Below are positions 12,911 through 27,318 of a stretch of DNA of 64,000 nt, piece by piece. The notes under the pieces are model-generated. The model saw only the letters and a program-made list of their open reading frames with translations. It had not been told where the DNA came from and made no database searches. A program made the translations under genes and the position numbers. This stretch comes from Paraphysomonas bandaiensis. Its lineage: Eukaryota > Protista > Chrysophyceae. The DNA is taken from positions 186,001 to 250,000 of the forward strand of contig CBFFRP010000058.1 in the NCBI GenBank assembly GCA_965644295.1. The letters run 5' to 3'. The first letter of the stretch is position 1, and each line of letters starts with the position of its first letter.

Positions 12911-14631
12911 ATGGAGAATAATAGAGATCCACACAAGAGGTCACATAGTCATCAGGTATATATATATATACTACTAATAAACATATCATACTTATTATAT
13001 TATAGGATGAACATGAACAAGATATCATTAGTCGTGAGGTACTGTGTATCAAACTATTATTATATATGTTAATATATATCGATAGACTGAAACGAAACGG
13101 GCAAACTATACAGCAAAGGTTACAATACATTCTCATAGATAACAATCCATTGTTAATATTTATTAGGGTTATTGGACTCCTACTGAAGATAAAAAACTGA
13201 AAACTATTGTTATGAATGGGTCAACGCCTATCAACTGGAATGATGTCGTTAGACATTTTCCTAACCGAAGGTATGTATGTGTCTTTAAGTACCAGCTTCA
13301 GATGATTTATGTAAATTATAGTAGGAAGCAATGCCGTGAGCGGTGGTTAGAGTACCTCAATCCAGATATAGATAACAGTGAATTCACACCCTTTGAGGAC
13401 CAACTAATTTTACAGTTTCAAGAAAAGCTCGGTAATAAATGGAAGGTCAGTAATTGTACGCTCACATAGATTTATTATAAGAGCTATTACAATAGGAAAT
13501 ATCGGAGCAAATGATGGTAAAGAAGCGCACGGCTACGCAAGTCAAGGTATACATCAAGCAGTCGTCCATGTCTATTAATTGTGTGTGGGCATATACTTTC
13601 GCACTGTATAGGTACGGTGGCATTTTCTCAAGCGGAAACTCAAGCGTGAACACCATAAGTTACGGAGCACTCTTGGTGATGAAGCACTTGCCGACTCCTC
13701 CTCCAGTCGCCCTCTCTTATCTTCGGAGGGAATGGCTTCTGTGTCGAGTGCTGCTGGTGCTTGTAGCCCTGACTTTCTGCCCCGTTCTGTATTTCATCCA
13801 CCACACCACCCATTCATGGGTATAGCGTCAGCACAATTTCCCGTTCCGATGCCTGCTTACACTCACACAGCGGGAACGGCTGCGCAGTCATTTGCTGGGA
13901 GGGACCCACATATTTCACGATCTAGTGCTGATATATGTGGTGATAACATCCACCCCCGCCAATCTGATGCGCAAATCGCTAGGCCTAATGAGGGCCAGAA
14001 TACTTCAAATCAAAATCCTCCTGAAGAGAGTATTGAGAAACATGGTTCTTCAAGTGAAAGTGATGGTTCTGTGAACTCTGACAACGAGTCGAACTATTCA
14101 TCAATATACCCGTATATGTCTCTATCATCAGCTCAAAGTACGCCCCATGTACCGCAGCAGGGACCACCTGTGTGGCCAATCTTGCCGTTTTGGCCGTGCG
14201 TACAAATGACCCTGCCGCCTTATCCTCACTTTTACTACCCCCCTACTGCGCCTGGTAATCCTCCAGGCTTACCTGATATGACTTCATCGTCGTCGTCAGT
14301 GCCACTTGCTCCTCCTCCTAGTCATCCTGGTATGTATGTCGGGTTACCAATACCACCTCCGGGGCTCTCAACAGCGTATGACAACGCTAATTATTATCCA
14401 ATGGTAAACCCCACTCATATTTATGTATGCCTCCTAGAATACGTTATCATTGTGTGTATGTAAGATTGACTTTTCGTTGTAGTACCCCAGTTGTTGGTAT
14501 CCGATGTTTCCACCCCCAGGTGCTGTGAACTCGTCGTATTTTTGGGGAAGAAGGCAAAACATGGAGAATAGTTTGGGTGATCATAGTGGTAAAGAGGATT
14601 TATCGTTAAAACGTAAACGGGATTCAGTATG
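12911..14631 (+). CDS. R2R3-type Myb transcription factor with Pro-rich C-terminus, multi-exon
   Basis: Spliced exons give GYWTPTEDKKL...INWNDVVRHFPNR/SRKQCRERWLEYLNP...FTPFEDQLILQFQEKLGNKW...RTATQVK. Start and end are inferred from splice sites. Confidence 0.88.
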
Positions 14632-15627
14632 AATCTTGCGGTATTTGTACCAATATTCCGTTGTAATTTGAACTTTGCTAGATTATGTTTTGTCATAAAC
14701 CGCCAAATGCGTCCGAACGTTTGTATTTTTAGTCTAATGTGCTATATATTAGTGGTAGATTTCTGTTTCATTATCGAAGTTCGCTGTTTTTCTTTGTGAG
14801 TAATTAATATGCAATTAATCTAATGTCGTTTTCGTTCAACATTAGCACTATACAATAGGTGAAATCGTTAGTATTGAACATTACGCTAAGTTGCTTTGTT
14901 GCACGCAATGCAACACCATATTATTCCAAACTCTTCACACCATAAGGTGAACATTTGTTCTCCTTATGATCTTTTAATAATATGTTATATGTTCACGAGT
15001 CAATTTCTCTTTAATCTACTTTGGTGATTCGTGACTGTATTCAGCTATTACAACTATAAGTTAGTTTCACCTATTTATATATTTATATCATATCATACAA
15101 TAAACCTCAACAGATATTAATACATATAGCATATTATATATATACATTGTCTATGAGATAATACTCCACACTCGACTTGAAACATGTAACAATCTTGTAT
15201 CTTCTATCCATACTCTGTCCTATCCATACTCACAGCGAAACCATTGTATATTTAGCGAACTTATGATTGCTGTGAGTACCATCGAAACGTAATCGTCCAT
15301 TAGTATATAAGTATATAAGTATTGGTACAATCTCCTACTTTGCTATCTACGTGGTTAAGCAAAATATTCATACAGACATACTGACGGTACGAAGTAGTAT
15401 GTCGTAGAAATACAGCCAAAATGTGTAAAAATCGAGGGTTTTAATATGCTGAAATACGGTTTTTTGATACATGTAGTGCACACTGTGTGTTGTTCTCCAG
15501 TGCTAGAGTTGTCGTATATACTATCCTCACACACATAACTCAAGATAGCTTCACTTCATCTCAACTATCTTCCCAATCACACATCAAATCATTCCTACTT
15601 CAGTTTCTATACTAACACTATCATACA

Positions 15628-17823
15628 TGATAATATCATTCTTTCCTCCTATCAACTACACTGTATATACAAAACCATATAATATAAAGGTATCTCTCCC
15701 CACTATATACTCATATATATATACAACACTAACATATATATATATATCATAGAAATCATATCATTTATCAATTATACAAAGAATTTTTATTACATTAGAA
15801 TATCCTGATTCAAGGTAATTAATGGATTTTAATATATTATGATTGTATAATAATATAAACAGTGTGGTGGCGACTCTTATTAATATCTTATTAAATATAG
15901 CAGTTGTGGTTAGTGCGGTTGTTTTTATAATCAGCACAGATCCAACACTACAGTGAGTATACATACATATACATATAGAGGCATGCATATATATACATAC
16001 ATATAGAAGCATATGTATACATATACATATAGAGGCATGCATACATACATACATATTATATGAAATGAAATGATTATATGCAACATCATATTGCAGATAT
16101 TGATCACATGATGTTATGAGTTATATCATAGGCGCTCCTCATCATCATGCCCCAACCCTGCCTGCTCTAATGACCCTGATTTATGTCCTAATCAAACGAT
16201 TTGTGCTCCTTCCCCTTTGAGAAGTTTTGAAATCGTTGAGTCAGTGTGTGTGGTTATATTTATGGCGGACTATCTCATACGTGTATCAACGGTTCCAATT
16301 ATGCCACCAAGGTACGGTTTTTGTTATGTGGACCATGTATTTTGTGGATATATTGATTACAGAGTATAATTTGTAGTTTGCGTCGCTGTTAGTTCGCTAT
16401 ATATGAATTGCGGAATGATTGTAATCGTAGTCGATGTAACCACAACACCACGATTGTATTGACTCTATTGTCTGTGGAATTTGATATCCCCATCTTACGC
16501 AGACTTGCTGGCATTCGCCTAAAGGAGTGGGATGCTAATCACTCGAATATTGGAAATCCAGATCCTGTCTTTTCTCCGGGTCAAATATTCGTGAGGTACA
16601 TCACCAGTTTTATGTGCGCCGTCGATGCTATTGCCATTATACCGTCATTCATTTTTGAGTTCACCTCTATCGTGGACTCATCTTTTACTGTTATTCGAAT
16701 CCTTCGTGTAGTTCGTATTATAAAAATAGCGAAACGTAGTCGACTGGCCAAGAATATGGAAGCTTTTAGAATAACATTTCGACACAGTGCTTCTGCGTTG
16801 GCTGTTTTGGTCTTTTTCACTGCAATTGGTCTTGTTATATTTGCCTCAATTATATTCATAATTGAACAAGGATCGTTTACAGTCAATAGTGAATACCCCG
16901 AAGGGGCGTACCTGCGACCATCTGCGACCGCTAGTGGGAAAGAGTTATCACCTTTTCGGTCCATAGCGATCAGCATATATTGGGCGTGTGTTACTATAAC
17001 GACACTCGGCTACGGCGATATGTACCCAACGACTACGCTGGGACGTTTCTTCACCATCATATGGATGTTTTGTGGTGTTCTATTAATTGCTCTACCGGTT
17101 AGTGTGTTGGGGTCTAATTTTTCTTCTGCTTTGGCAGAAATCGATGCCCGTCGAAAACAGGAAGGTAACTTGGGAAAGTGGTCTGTACTTCGTGATGTTG
17201 TTGCGAAGAAGATACCGGGTAAGTTGTTTCGTCGCCGCAGTATAGGAGGCGGTATTGATGACGTAGATGGATCGAACAATACTTGTGTCGATTCAGGTGA
17301 TGATCAATACCGGCGTTCTGCAAGTGCAGAGTACAATAGAGATATATCGCGTATGCACGATGTGCACTCCCCTGAGCATGTAGACTATTGTGATAGTGGC
17401 CGATATATCTCATCTACCAGCAAAGAAATAACACTCATGCCAAGAAAGTATACAGGCTCTAAGTTCTCTATTGTTGAGAGCAGTGAGAGAAGCGATACAA
17501 CCTTCAACGCCCTACACTACTCCGACGAGAGAGAGATATCTGCACCCTGCTTATTCGCAGTTAAACAGTATCGTAGTGTATCTACTCAGACCTCCGCCTC
17601 TGTATCACCTATAGAAAGTTCACACTACTGGGATAGTAATAGTCTCTCTTCACCCACTTATGATTCAATAGATCGCGCCAAAACGCTTGCTACAGCAGCC
17701 AAATTTGACACGGGTGGCTCGAAGAGAATGAGAGAATTATCAAGTCAAATACGAGAATTACTAACAGCATACGAAGCCGAACAACTGCAATTCCAGAAAA
17801 CAGGTAGTGATGGATGGTGGTGA
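15628..17823 (+). CDS. Voltage-gated potassium channel (Kv/Shaker-like, 6TM), multi-exon
   Basis: S4 segment IRILRVVRIIKIAK, pore WACVTITTLGYGDMYP, S6 LIALPVSV. Upstream exons encode RIFITLEYPDSS. Confidence 0.93.
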
Positions 17824-18458
17824 ACGGTTTCCAGTGTTCTTTCTCGTGATATATCGTTCGACAGACTCACAGTGTTATAATCCATCCTTTGCTTGGCGTT
17901 ACTTTATTTCTCCAAATATGGAAGTGCAGTGATAAAGAAAGCTCAGACTTTATAGTTGACAAAGATTATGTTGGTCGTTCTGTGTCATATATTATCACGA
18001 CAACGCAGGCTTCATCGTCAATTACGATCACAGTTTCAATACTGCCTTCTAGTGACTTAAGAACACGTATACCACAATCATTCTGCTTGGGCTAAGTGTA
18101 TGAAAGCGCCACTGTAGTGGTCATGCTCAAGAGGTATTGTTAGCTGGTGTTACAGTAATTACCATATTGTATATATAATATATATGTAACAAGAATGGCC
18201 GGTCGTCGTGTCGTACTGTATAGTGTACAGTGAATGGCTCACGAATTTGTAGTTAATATATAATATATTATTCATTGTCTTCATCTTTATAAATGTTGCC
18301 TTGTAAAAATCTTTTACAAGGAAAAACTCGTGTTTCCATAATTTCGTGTCAGTTTGTGTTTTCATCCTCATATTGTTGTAAATACCTATTATAATTGATA
18401 CGAAGCCCTGAGTATAAAGACTTAAAAAGACCTTTTCGAATCATATATTGTCATTCAC

Positions 18459-19063
18459 CAGGGCTGCGTATCAATTAATTGTCAATTAATTGACGCAGGT
18501 TGTAGTCAATTATAATTGCAATTATTACTTGCTGTCTCAATTTCAACTATTGCAATTAACTGCAATTAATTGCAATTATTTAGTACTAAAATACACTAGC
18601 TGCGAATATAGCAAGTAGCGATCAATCACGGAAAATGTGGAGCCCCTTTCCTTCAGGACAAATCTCTATTGCAGCCTCTTCGTTGTTATTATCATAATTT
18701 ACTTTCTCAAATAACACTCGTGCAATGACTTTTGGTGCCAATTTGTCGCTCCTATCGCTAATTAATTAAATGAATTACTATGTGAGATAATCCTATGGAT
18801 ATTATAGTCTTTCACCAATCTTCGATTTTTATCCAAAAATTGGATATTTCTACTAAAAATGCCGTTTTTTAACAACTTTTCAGCATAAAAAGGTGGGGTT
18901 TTTAATATCAATTAATTGCAATTAATTGACAATTAATTGAAGCTAGCTGGAGTCAATTATAATTGCAATTATGAATCGATGTCCCAATTTCAACAATTGC
19001 AATTTCAATAATTGACAATTAATTGCAATTAATTGAAAATCAATTAATTGATACGCAGCCCTG
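18459..19063. mobile_element. Non-autonomous hAT-type element (MITE), 605 bp
   Basis: Perfect 23-bp TIR CAGGGCTGCGTATCAATTAATTG, 8-bp TSD TCATTCAC (18451-18458 and 19064-19071), and many subterminal CAATTAATTG motifs. Confidence 0.95.
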
Positions 19064-19393
19064 TCATTCACTACTACCAACCATTATTTTACAATCCTAA
19101 GTAGACGCGATTGCATATAGCCAATGTAAGTCAGCTTGCGTAACCTAATTCATATCATTCATTAAACTCAAACAATACTGTCTTTTTCTACTGTATTCTT
19201 CAAAACCTTAAAATAAAAACTAAAGATTTCAATTGCTTTCAAGTGAGCAAAGAACTCAGCATCAGTTATAATGTTTACAAAGTCGGAATTTTCATGCTGA
19301 CACCACCACCATAAGAACGATTATAGTATTATATAAATATTATACACGAACGCACGTGAAGCATATCTGACAACAAGACCTACCACCTACAAT

Positions 19394-21902
19394 TCAATAC
19401 AAGCCCATAAGGGATAGCAGAGCCGCTTTGACGGAATCTGACGCATCGCGGTCAACTGGTAGACGAAGCAACGCTTCAGTAGCCACACCACTGAACGAGG
19501 ATTGCGAACCTTTTCCCCTATAACAACATCCGTAAAATAAAAGGCACGCGAATGGACATTTACATAAACCCACTATCACAACAGTATACCTTGCTGAATT
19601 TCCCGCTGTGCCACTTCCTTTTCTGGGTTTACTTCTCGGTGTAGAATCTTCCTCTGCTTCCAAATCTTCAGACATTATCTTATTTTGCTCCTTGAGCACT
19701 CGCTTTCCTATACGAGCTCGCTTTAGTGGAGACTGAGCCGTGTTCTTATCGCTATTCGGGGTGCTATCATTCATATTAAAAGTTTTTTTAACGCCAAGGG
19801 TTCGCAAGGAGTCAGCGGAGTGATTCTCTGTAGTCTCGCTCACCAAGCTGTCACGTTGCATAACCAGATTAGAGATATGATCTCCTAAAATATCCACACA
19901 CTTGACTATATATATATGCAACACGATATACAAAGAATGCGTAAATATATAGGAAATTCAACTGCCAGTACCATTTCATCACATCATCAAGTACAAGCTC
20001 TTCTCTATCCCCATCATGGTAGCGAATTTCGAAGTACGGACTACATGGAAACAATGTAGGTCAATTAAAGTACACACGAAATGAGTACAAGAAGTACAAC
20101 GCATACAAAGGGTATCCCAAAGTAAATTAAAAACAGTTATAGTAATTATACCTGTTATATCCTTGGACCACGCCAGCGAACCAGCCCAAAGAATGAAAAT
20201 ACTTTCTAACATGTCTGCCGACCAATTCATGCGGTTCGGTGACAGACTTCGTTTGACTCTGTCTGCGTCTCGAGGAAGTATTGACTGGCTCATCGTCCTG
20301 AGTAAGTTCAGTTTCGTGCGGGTCAGGCATAGGGGGCTGTGAGTAATATGTAGCATCGTCCATAGACATCTGGGAGTAGGAAACTTGCGCCTGAGTGGCC
20401 TCTTCGACGTCACTACTCTCCTCATGCTCTGGTAATAATTGTGTTGTGGTAGGTGTTGAGGGGGCAGAAGCGCTAGTAAATTTCGCAGGTGGTTGTCTCA
20501 CAGCTGAATTTTGTTTCGAATTAGCTTCCGTCTCATCCGGACTCACAGCATAGTGATCTGATTCACTCAAAGCATTAGACTTTCCACTATTACTGCTACC
20601 ATCCTTGTCAGCAGACAGAATAGAAGGGCTCGAGCTACTCGATACAAGAGGTTGAGAATCTGCCATCCATTGTTCCATGCTACTAAGACTATTTGCTGTC
20701 ATATTTTGAGTAAAAAACCAATCTGCAGTATCAGTAACACTTGGCGACCGATCATGTTCACTGTTTTTGTGTCGCTGGGTCATCTTTCGGTTGAAGAATG
20801 GTGACTGTTGTGCACACCCTACACTTGAAGTTTGAGATTGAGGTGCACCATTGCGGCCATGCAATTCTGTCTTTTTTGGACTTCTGTGGGAATATACGTT
20901 TCTGTCCGCTGTATTTGTCGTTGAATTGGAGCTGCTATCTCTGATCTCCATATCCAACTCAAAGCACTGGTCGACCTCAGTCTGTGTCATTTCCAAAGTA
21001 TACGGTATTGAGTCAGTCAATGTCTGCGCTGTGCCAGCATTGTCACCACCGATTTCTGCATATTCCCCTTTATCCAATCCCAGTAAGTCGCATTGCTCGG
21101 GTGGAATATCACAGTGCTCTAGCTGTAGTTTGTAATCCTCCGAGTATGCAGGTGGGATGGAGAACTGTCCTTCAGCATCCGGGAGATCCTCTTCATCCGG
21201 AAATTGACGTGTACTAAATCGTTGGACAAGAGTGATATACATCATTTTAGATAGTTTCTCACATATTGCTGGATCCTAAACACATAACAACTACACTTAG
21301 ATGTTGTTATGTTAAGAAAAATATATACTCCGAACAAATTAACTAAAAATACAGTAAAAAACAAACAATACATACATATATAAACATATACATACACATC
21401 AACATATACATATATATATACATACATACATACATATAAATAGACATAGTTTCAAGATCACCTTATTAATATCAATAGGATCACCAATCTTACAACAATC
21501 ATATGCTCCTAAAACTGATAATCTTGAACAATTCAATGCAATAGGTAACGTAATACCAATATCACATAATTTCTTAAAATCTCTATGTCCTATACATTGT
21601 ATTGTTGTTGAAAAATGCCATTTTTCAAGTTTAATTAATGAATTTTGTAATGAATTGATGGGTTGATACTGATTGACTTGTTGTAAGATATGTATACATT
21701 TTTTGGTAAGAAATACAGCAATAGAATGTTTTTTATCATTGATAATTAACATATTCATTGTATCATATACACGTAATACTTGTACAACTTTTGGTCTACC
21801 ATTAGAATAAATCATACAATTAGTATCATTATTTTGTAATGGTTCTTTAATTAATTCATCAACTGTTAAATATATCCATGGAGCTGGCATGTTTCTTGCC
21901 AT
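19394..21902 (-). CDS. TPP1/Est3-like OB-fold protein with SQ/TQ-rich linker and C-terminal Tudor-like domain, multi-exon
   Basis: The N-terminus PWI...KVVQVL...IINDKKHSIAVFLT...SLIKL...IGDPIDIN fits the TPP1/Est3 OB pattern. LVGRHVRKYF..GWFAGVV..Y/..YFEIRYHDGDREEL fits a PTM/DIR17-type Tudor. Confidence 0.7.
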
Positions 21903-22386
21903 GATAGATTGATATTAATTTAATGTGAGTTTATGATAGTGGAAATGGTCATATATATGGATTGTTTAAGTGGGAGTATTTGAATGTACGTGTTGGTATA
22001 TATGGATACTTCAAATATATGTATGTACATATGGACTGTACACTGTACATCTAGAAAGAGTAGATGTACTTACCTACCTTTACATACGTACCTACATACC
22101 TACTATATACTTACACACATAGTCGAATTCTTACTCTATCATACCTATCTACCTTTCTATAAGTACATTTCTACACTATGTATTCTCCTGTTCCATAATA
22201 ATCTGGTCAATTGTGACCAAACTGAAAATAATATGCCTTTTCAAGATAAAATTACTGTTGCAACTAGAAAATAATATAACTGCCATTGACAGAAATGCAT
22301 TAGAAGACCACAGCACAAACAGTTACCATACTGTACAATACTTTAACCTAACCACTTCATCATATTACTTGAAATTGATTATAAAG

Positions 22387-23772
22387 ATGTCAGATAGTCA
22401 TGTAAGTAAATTATTTTATAATCTGATATCTAGAATGATGTTTGTTAGGTCGCCGATGTTCAAGCTGAGCTTCAGCAGTACTTAAATTCTAAAAATATCA
22501 ATGGTCTCTTTATCCAAATTGTAGAGAGTCTACTCATTGAGAAACCAGCTAATCCGGTTGCTTTTATGGTTGAATATTTATATAAACAGTTTCCTGATCA
22601 AGCTAAAGCTGCAGCGATTGGTGGACCGCAAGATAATGCCGAGTACGTGCAGTATATATGAACGTTACGTTGTATGTAATACTTGTTATTGCAGAGCAAA
22701 AGCCGAAAGTAAAGGTGACGACAGCAAGCCAACTAGCAAAGCTCCTGCGAAAGGAGATAGCGACAGTGAGGAAGACGAAGATGAGGATGATGTTGCTGAT
22801 ATTGTAGAAATGGCTCCTCGCCCGCAGCCAAAATCTCGTCGTGTATCTGTGTCTGCCGAATCAATGGACCCCAGCAAAATGAAAGCACAGATGTCTAATG
22901 TCACGAAAATTGAAAAGAGTCCTGAAGTTGCTACTCGTCTTTTGGAAGTAGTTTCGAAGTCACCTTTGCTTCGTACTCTTGATGATGATCAACGCGATAT
23001 GATTGTCAAAGCCTTTTCTGGACCTCTCGTGAAGCAACCTGGTGAAGACATCATTGTTCAGGGTGATATTGGAGACATATTTTACCTTCTTGAGGAAGGT
23101 ATGGTGGACGTGTACGTCAGTAAGAAGGGAAATCCTGAGGTTAAGGTGCATACGTACACTCCTGGTAACTCCTTTGGAGAGCTGGCGATCATGTACAATG
23201 CACCTCGTGCGGCTACTTGCCGGGCTCAAACTGAGTGTAAGTTGTGGGCTTTGGACCGTGTTTCATTCAAAGTCATTGTTGTCGCCGCCGCTATGCAGAA
23301 GCGAGAGATGTATGTGGGATTCTTGAAAAATGTGAGTATTGAATCCGTACTACTTGTGTTGTTGACTTGACATCATTGTTCATAGGTTCCCATTTTGGAG
23401 ACTCTTACAGAGATGGAGGTTATGACTCTTGCTGATTCAATGGCTGAAGAGAAGTACAGTGATGGGCAAGTTATTTGCACCCAGGGAGACTCTGGAGACT
23501 ACTTTTACATTGTAAAGGACGGCACCGCAGTTTGTACACAAAAAGACTCGACTGGAGCTGATAAGGAGGTTGCTCGCCTGCAATCTGGTAATTATTTCGG
23601 AGAAATCGCTCTATTGACAGACAAGCCACGTCAGGCTACTGTCAAAGCGGAGGGTTCTTTGAAGGTTCTTGCCCTTGATCGTGCAACATTCACACGTGTA
23701 ATGGGGCCCATGGACGACATTATGAAACGCAATATGGAGCAGTACAACAAATACACCGCTGACAATGCATGA
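22387..23772 (+). CDS. PKAR: cAMP-dependent protein kinase regulatory subunit, 4 exons
   Basis: N-terminal docking domain (LQQYLNSKNI...EKPANPVAFMVEYL), inhibitor site RRVSVSAE, and two cNMP cassettes FGELAIMYNAPRAAT and FGEIALLTDKPRQAT. Confidence 0.96.
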
Positions 23773-24168
23773 GCGACCGATGTGTAATTAGAATTGGACC
23801 ATTTGCACAGTCTTCAGAGTAGGCTTCGGTCCGCAATCGTTTCGCCTAGATAGCCTGATATTGTATTAAAGTAGTTCATAGAGTTTGTGAATGAACGACG
23901 ATAAGTGCTCAGAAATCCAAAACACAATGAGTATTGAAGTAATAATAATTGAAGTGTGTGTCACTTTGCCATCATCTTTGGTCCAAAAAGCGCAAAGTAC
24001 TTAATCGACATTACATAGGTCTTTTGACACAACTCAAGGGTAATAGCTTTCACGTATAACGTATACTATGCTTATAAGTCGTCGTTGTGTGAGATAACAA
24101 ATTAGTTAATTCGGAGCAGTAGCATCAAAGATATCTTAGAGGCCTCTGTTTAGTGTATACGTATAACC

Positions 24169-24955
24169 CAGTGCTAGGAAACAATATACAATATACTGCA
24201 ATACTATTGTTCGATAGCGTTTAATCCAGGGATAGGGAACAATGTATTGCATATAACCGAGAAACTGATTACAACATTACAAAGGATAATGAAGCTGAAG
24301 TTGACTATACGACTGAAAATCTTCAGTCAGCTCAAAAAATTAAGAAACGTACAGATCCACGAGTCATTAACGGTTGCCTGGCCCTGGTATGTACTTCCAA
24401 TACATGGGAACGTCTGTTCAGCACATGTAAACATAGAACATATTATATCAGTGTTGCGCAAAAGTATCCATCTACTTAATATGCTGTTGTTTCTGAAAGC
24501 TATTCGACAGTTATGGCCGGATACTAGCATATTTCCATTAATTGTGTGGATGAATATGGTGATGTTGACCTCTCCGATGATGGCTCAGAGGATGAGGACG
24601 AAGAAGATTTTTAGTAGCTATAAGCAGCAGTTGGTTTGGTTGTCATGTATCTTAATGACTAATACTAAAAATGAAATCTACGGATGTGTTACCTACAGAT
24701 TAGTCATACTAATATATTGCAATACATTGACAATATATTGCAATATATTGCAATATATTGTGATTGTATTGTTGGGCCTGTTTAAAATATCCATCAATTG
24801 ATGGAACTCTATCTAACAATAGTATTGCAATATATTGTTCCCTATCCCTGGTTTAATCAATACTGTTGACGGAGATTTAAACATGTCCAACAATACAATT
24901 ACAACATATTGCAATCTATTAGTATGACTAATCAGTAAGTACACATATCCGTCGT
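24169..24955. mobile_element. Older, diverged hAT element end, split by the younger element at 24227-24850
   Basis: 24169-24226 joined to 24859-~24955 aligns by eye with the reverse complement of the younger element's right end (CAGtGcTAGGaAACAATATA...CCAACAATACAAT...TATTAGTATGACTAATC). Confidence 0.7.
24227..24850 (+). mobile_element. Non-autonomous hAT deletion derivative, 624 bp, with a transposase C-terminal remnant
   Basis: TIR CAGGGATAGGGAACAATRTATTGCA and 8-bp TSD GTTTAATC (24219-24226 and 24851-24858). ERLFSTCKH at 24408 followed, frameshifted, by MLLFLKAIRQLW matches the hAT dimerisation region. Confidence 0.93.
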
Positions 24956-25149
24956 TCTGAAGTAGCATACCACAACCTATAACCTACTGTCTTTTACCTG
25001 AAGCTACTCAGACGAAAATTAGAATTCCATTTACACAAAATGATAATGATAACATTATCAAGATACATTGAACTAAAAGTTAAGTATGCTGGGGCGACAT
25101 ATTCATCAATACAAACAACATTCATTTCACAGAACACTTTTAAGTTACT

Positions 25150-26687
25150 TCAGAACGACGCAGCTATTGTCGCCTTTTTCTTGGACTTTTTCGTCTTTGG
25201 AGACCTAGACGACATATTCATTACGATAGAGAAGGAGCTCGGAGGGTGATCACACTTACTGTTTGAAACTATTACTTCCTGAATTTTTAAGAATAGATTT
25301 ACGCGAATGGCTAGCCGATATGCTTGGAGACCTGAACAACAGTGGTTAGGTTGGGTGTAAAGTTCCAGGACACGTACTGCATAGGTGTCGACTGAGGGCT
25401 ATTATCGACACTGCTTTCACTCCGAGCTACACTCGAGTGACTTTTTCCGCTTGCCATAGGAGACCTGAGTGAACATAACATTAATGAGTATGCATCACAC
25501 TTTCATATCCAACTAGAGTGGACTATTCAACAGAAACAATCGATATGAAGTATATATGCATGGCTGAACTAACATATTTGGACTTGAATAAGAGCCTTCC
25601 AGACTGTCCAATCCCCTAAATTACAAAAAAAAGCTATGAGAAGTGCCTTGACATATGTATCACAATGGTAATCCCATGCAGTATGAACGTATTTCTACTT
25701 ATACAAATACTTACTTGACGTGAGGATTAAATTTTGATAACTTCTGCTTTTTCCATTCTTTTGATCCTTTTTCAGGAGGAGTTCGAGGTCGCTCCACGGG
25801 AACAGCCTGAGCAGCTTTCGCCTTGTTCAGCTCTTTGATATAAGCCGGTGAAGGTGGAATATCAGTTCTGTCAAATTTACTCAAAATTTCCTTTGCAGGA
25901 AGGAGAAACTTAGTTCCAAAGACGTCAACACGCCTCTTGGAATATATCATCCAAAATTCTTCCCCTCCAATGCGTGCCCTTAATTGCTTCTGTAGATCAT
26001 ACGCTGGCTTTATAAGAGTTGGATTCATTTTCACAAAGTGATGAAATGTTTCAATATCGATCGACTTCACTTCTCTCAACAAATTAAGTTCACTCATAAC
26101 TCTGTATTACAATAATTACACTCGTATCCAATCAACTAATTGATAATATAAGCTACTGGCTAACATGCAAAACATACCTGACACACTCCGGATTCTGCTT
26201 GTAGTTGCCTCCATACATGTCTGATATCAGTGTTTTGGCTTCATCCATATCAATGTCTTTACTACCATCAGCATCATACAATGCAAACACAAAATCCACT
26301 GAACAACGTATAAACATTATGATAATTATCAATCATGAGTTTAATATACTTACCAAGTGGTAATGTTGGTAATGAACAATAATCCCATAATGCAATAACA
26401 AAATCACGATAACATATATAACCATATGTCATCTGATCATTAAATATATTAAATATAAGAGATGAAAACCGTGTTTCTATAACACCCGTATATTGATATA
26501 ACTTCCTTATATCTATCCAATCACATTTCTCTGTATCTAACTTAATAAAAATATTATAAAGTTTTCTACAATCATGTTCTTTTAAACGTAATGCTCTAAA
26601 TTGTTCACCATATTTTTTATATTCATTATCAAATGGTGTATTTTCAATATTATTAACATCAGCTTCTGTTACTAATAAACATCCCAT
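25150..26687 (-). CDS. EF-hand calcium-binding protein with MGC N-terminus (possible dual acylation), multi-exon
   Basis: MGCLL start. EF-like loops FIKLDTEKCDWID, FNDQMTYGYICYRDF and YDADGSKDIDMDE, then NPTLIKPAYDLQKQLR and a basic tail. Confidence 0.75.
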
Positions 26688-26867
26688 TGATTGGTAGATA
26701 TGTATGTATGTATATCTTTGATTGATTGATAGTATGAAAGAAATATTCAATATGATGGAAGCTGCAGATCCAGCCAGAGGTGGAGTGATGCAACGAGATA
26801 TCTTACTACTTGGATATATATATATATATATAGGTATACGAGTACCACAGTCCATAGTCAGTTTCAA

Positions 26868-27318
26868 ACATACATACATTCATACATACATACATACATA
26901 CATACATACATACATACATACATACATACATACATACATACATACATACATACATACATACATACATACATACATACATACATACATACATACATACATA
27001 CATACATACATACATACATACATACATACATACATACATACATACATACATACATACATACATACATACATACATACATACATACATACATACATACATA
27101 CATACATACATACATACATACATACATACATACATACATACATACATACATACATACATACATACATACATACATACATACATACATACATACATACATA
27201 CACATACATACATACATACATACATACATACATACATACATACATACATACATACATACATACATACATACATACATACATACATACATACATACATACA
27301 TACATACATACATACATA
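26868..27318 (+). repeat. (CATA)n microsatellite, left flank of the palindromic element
   Basis: About 450 bp of near-perfect array. Confidence 0.98.

Noticed and set aside
24247-24801. 184-aa ORF inside the hAT derivative, and ORF 40752-41138
   Set aside because: Frameshifted transposase remnants, not intact genes.
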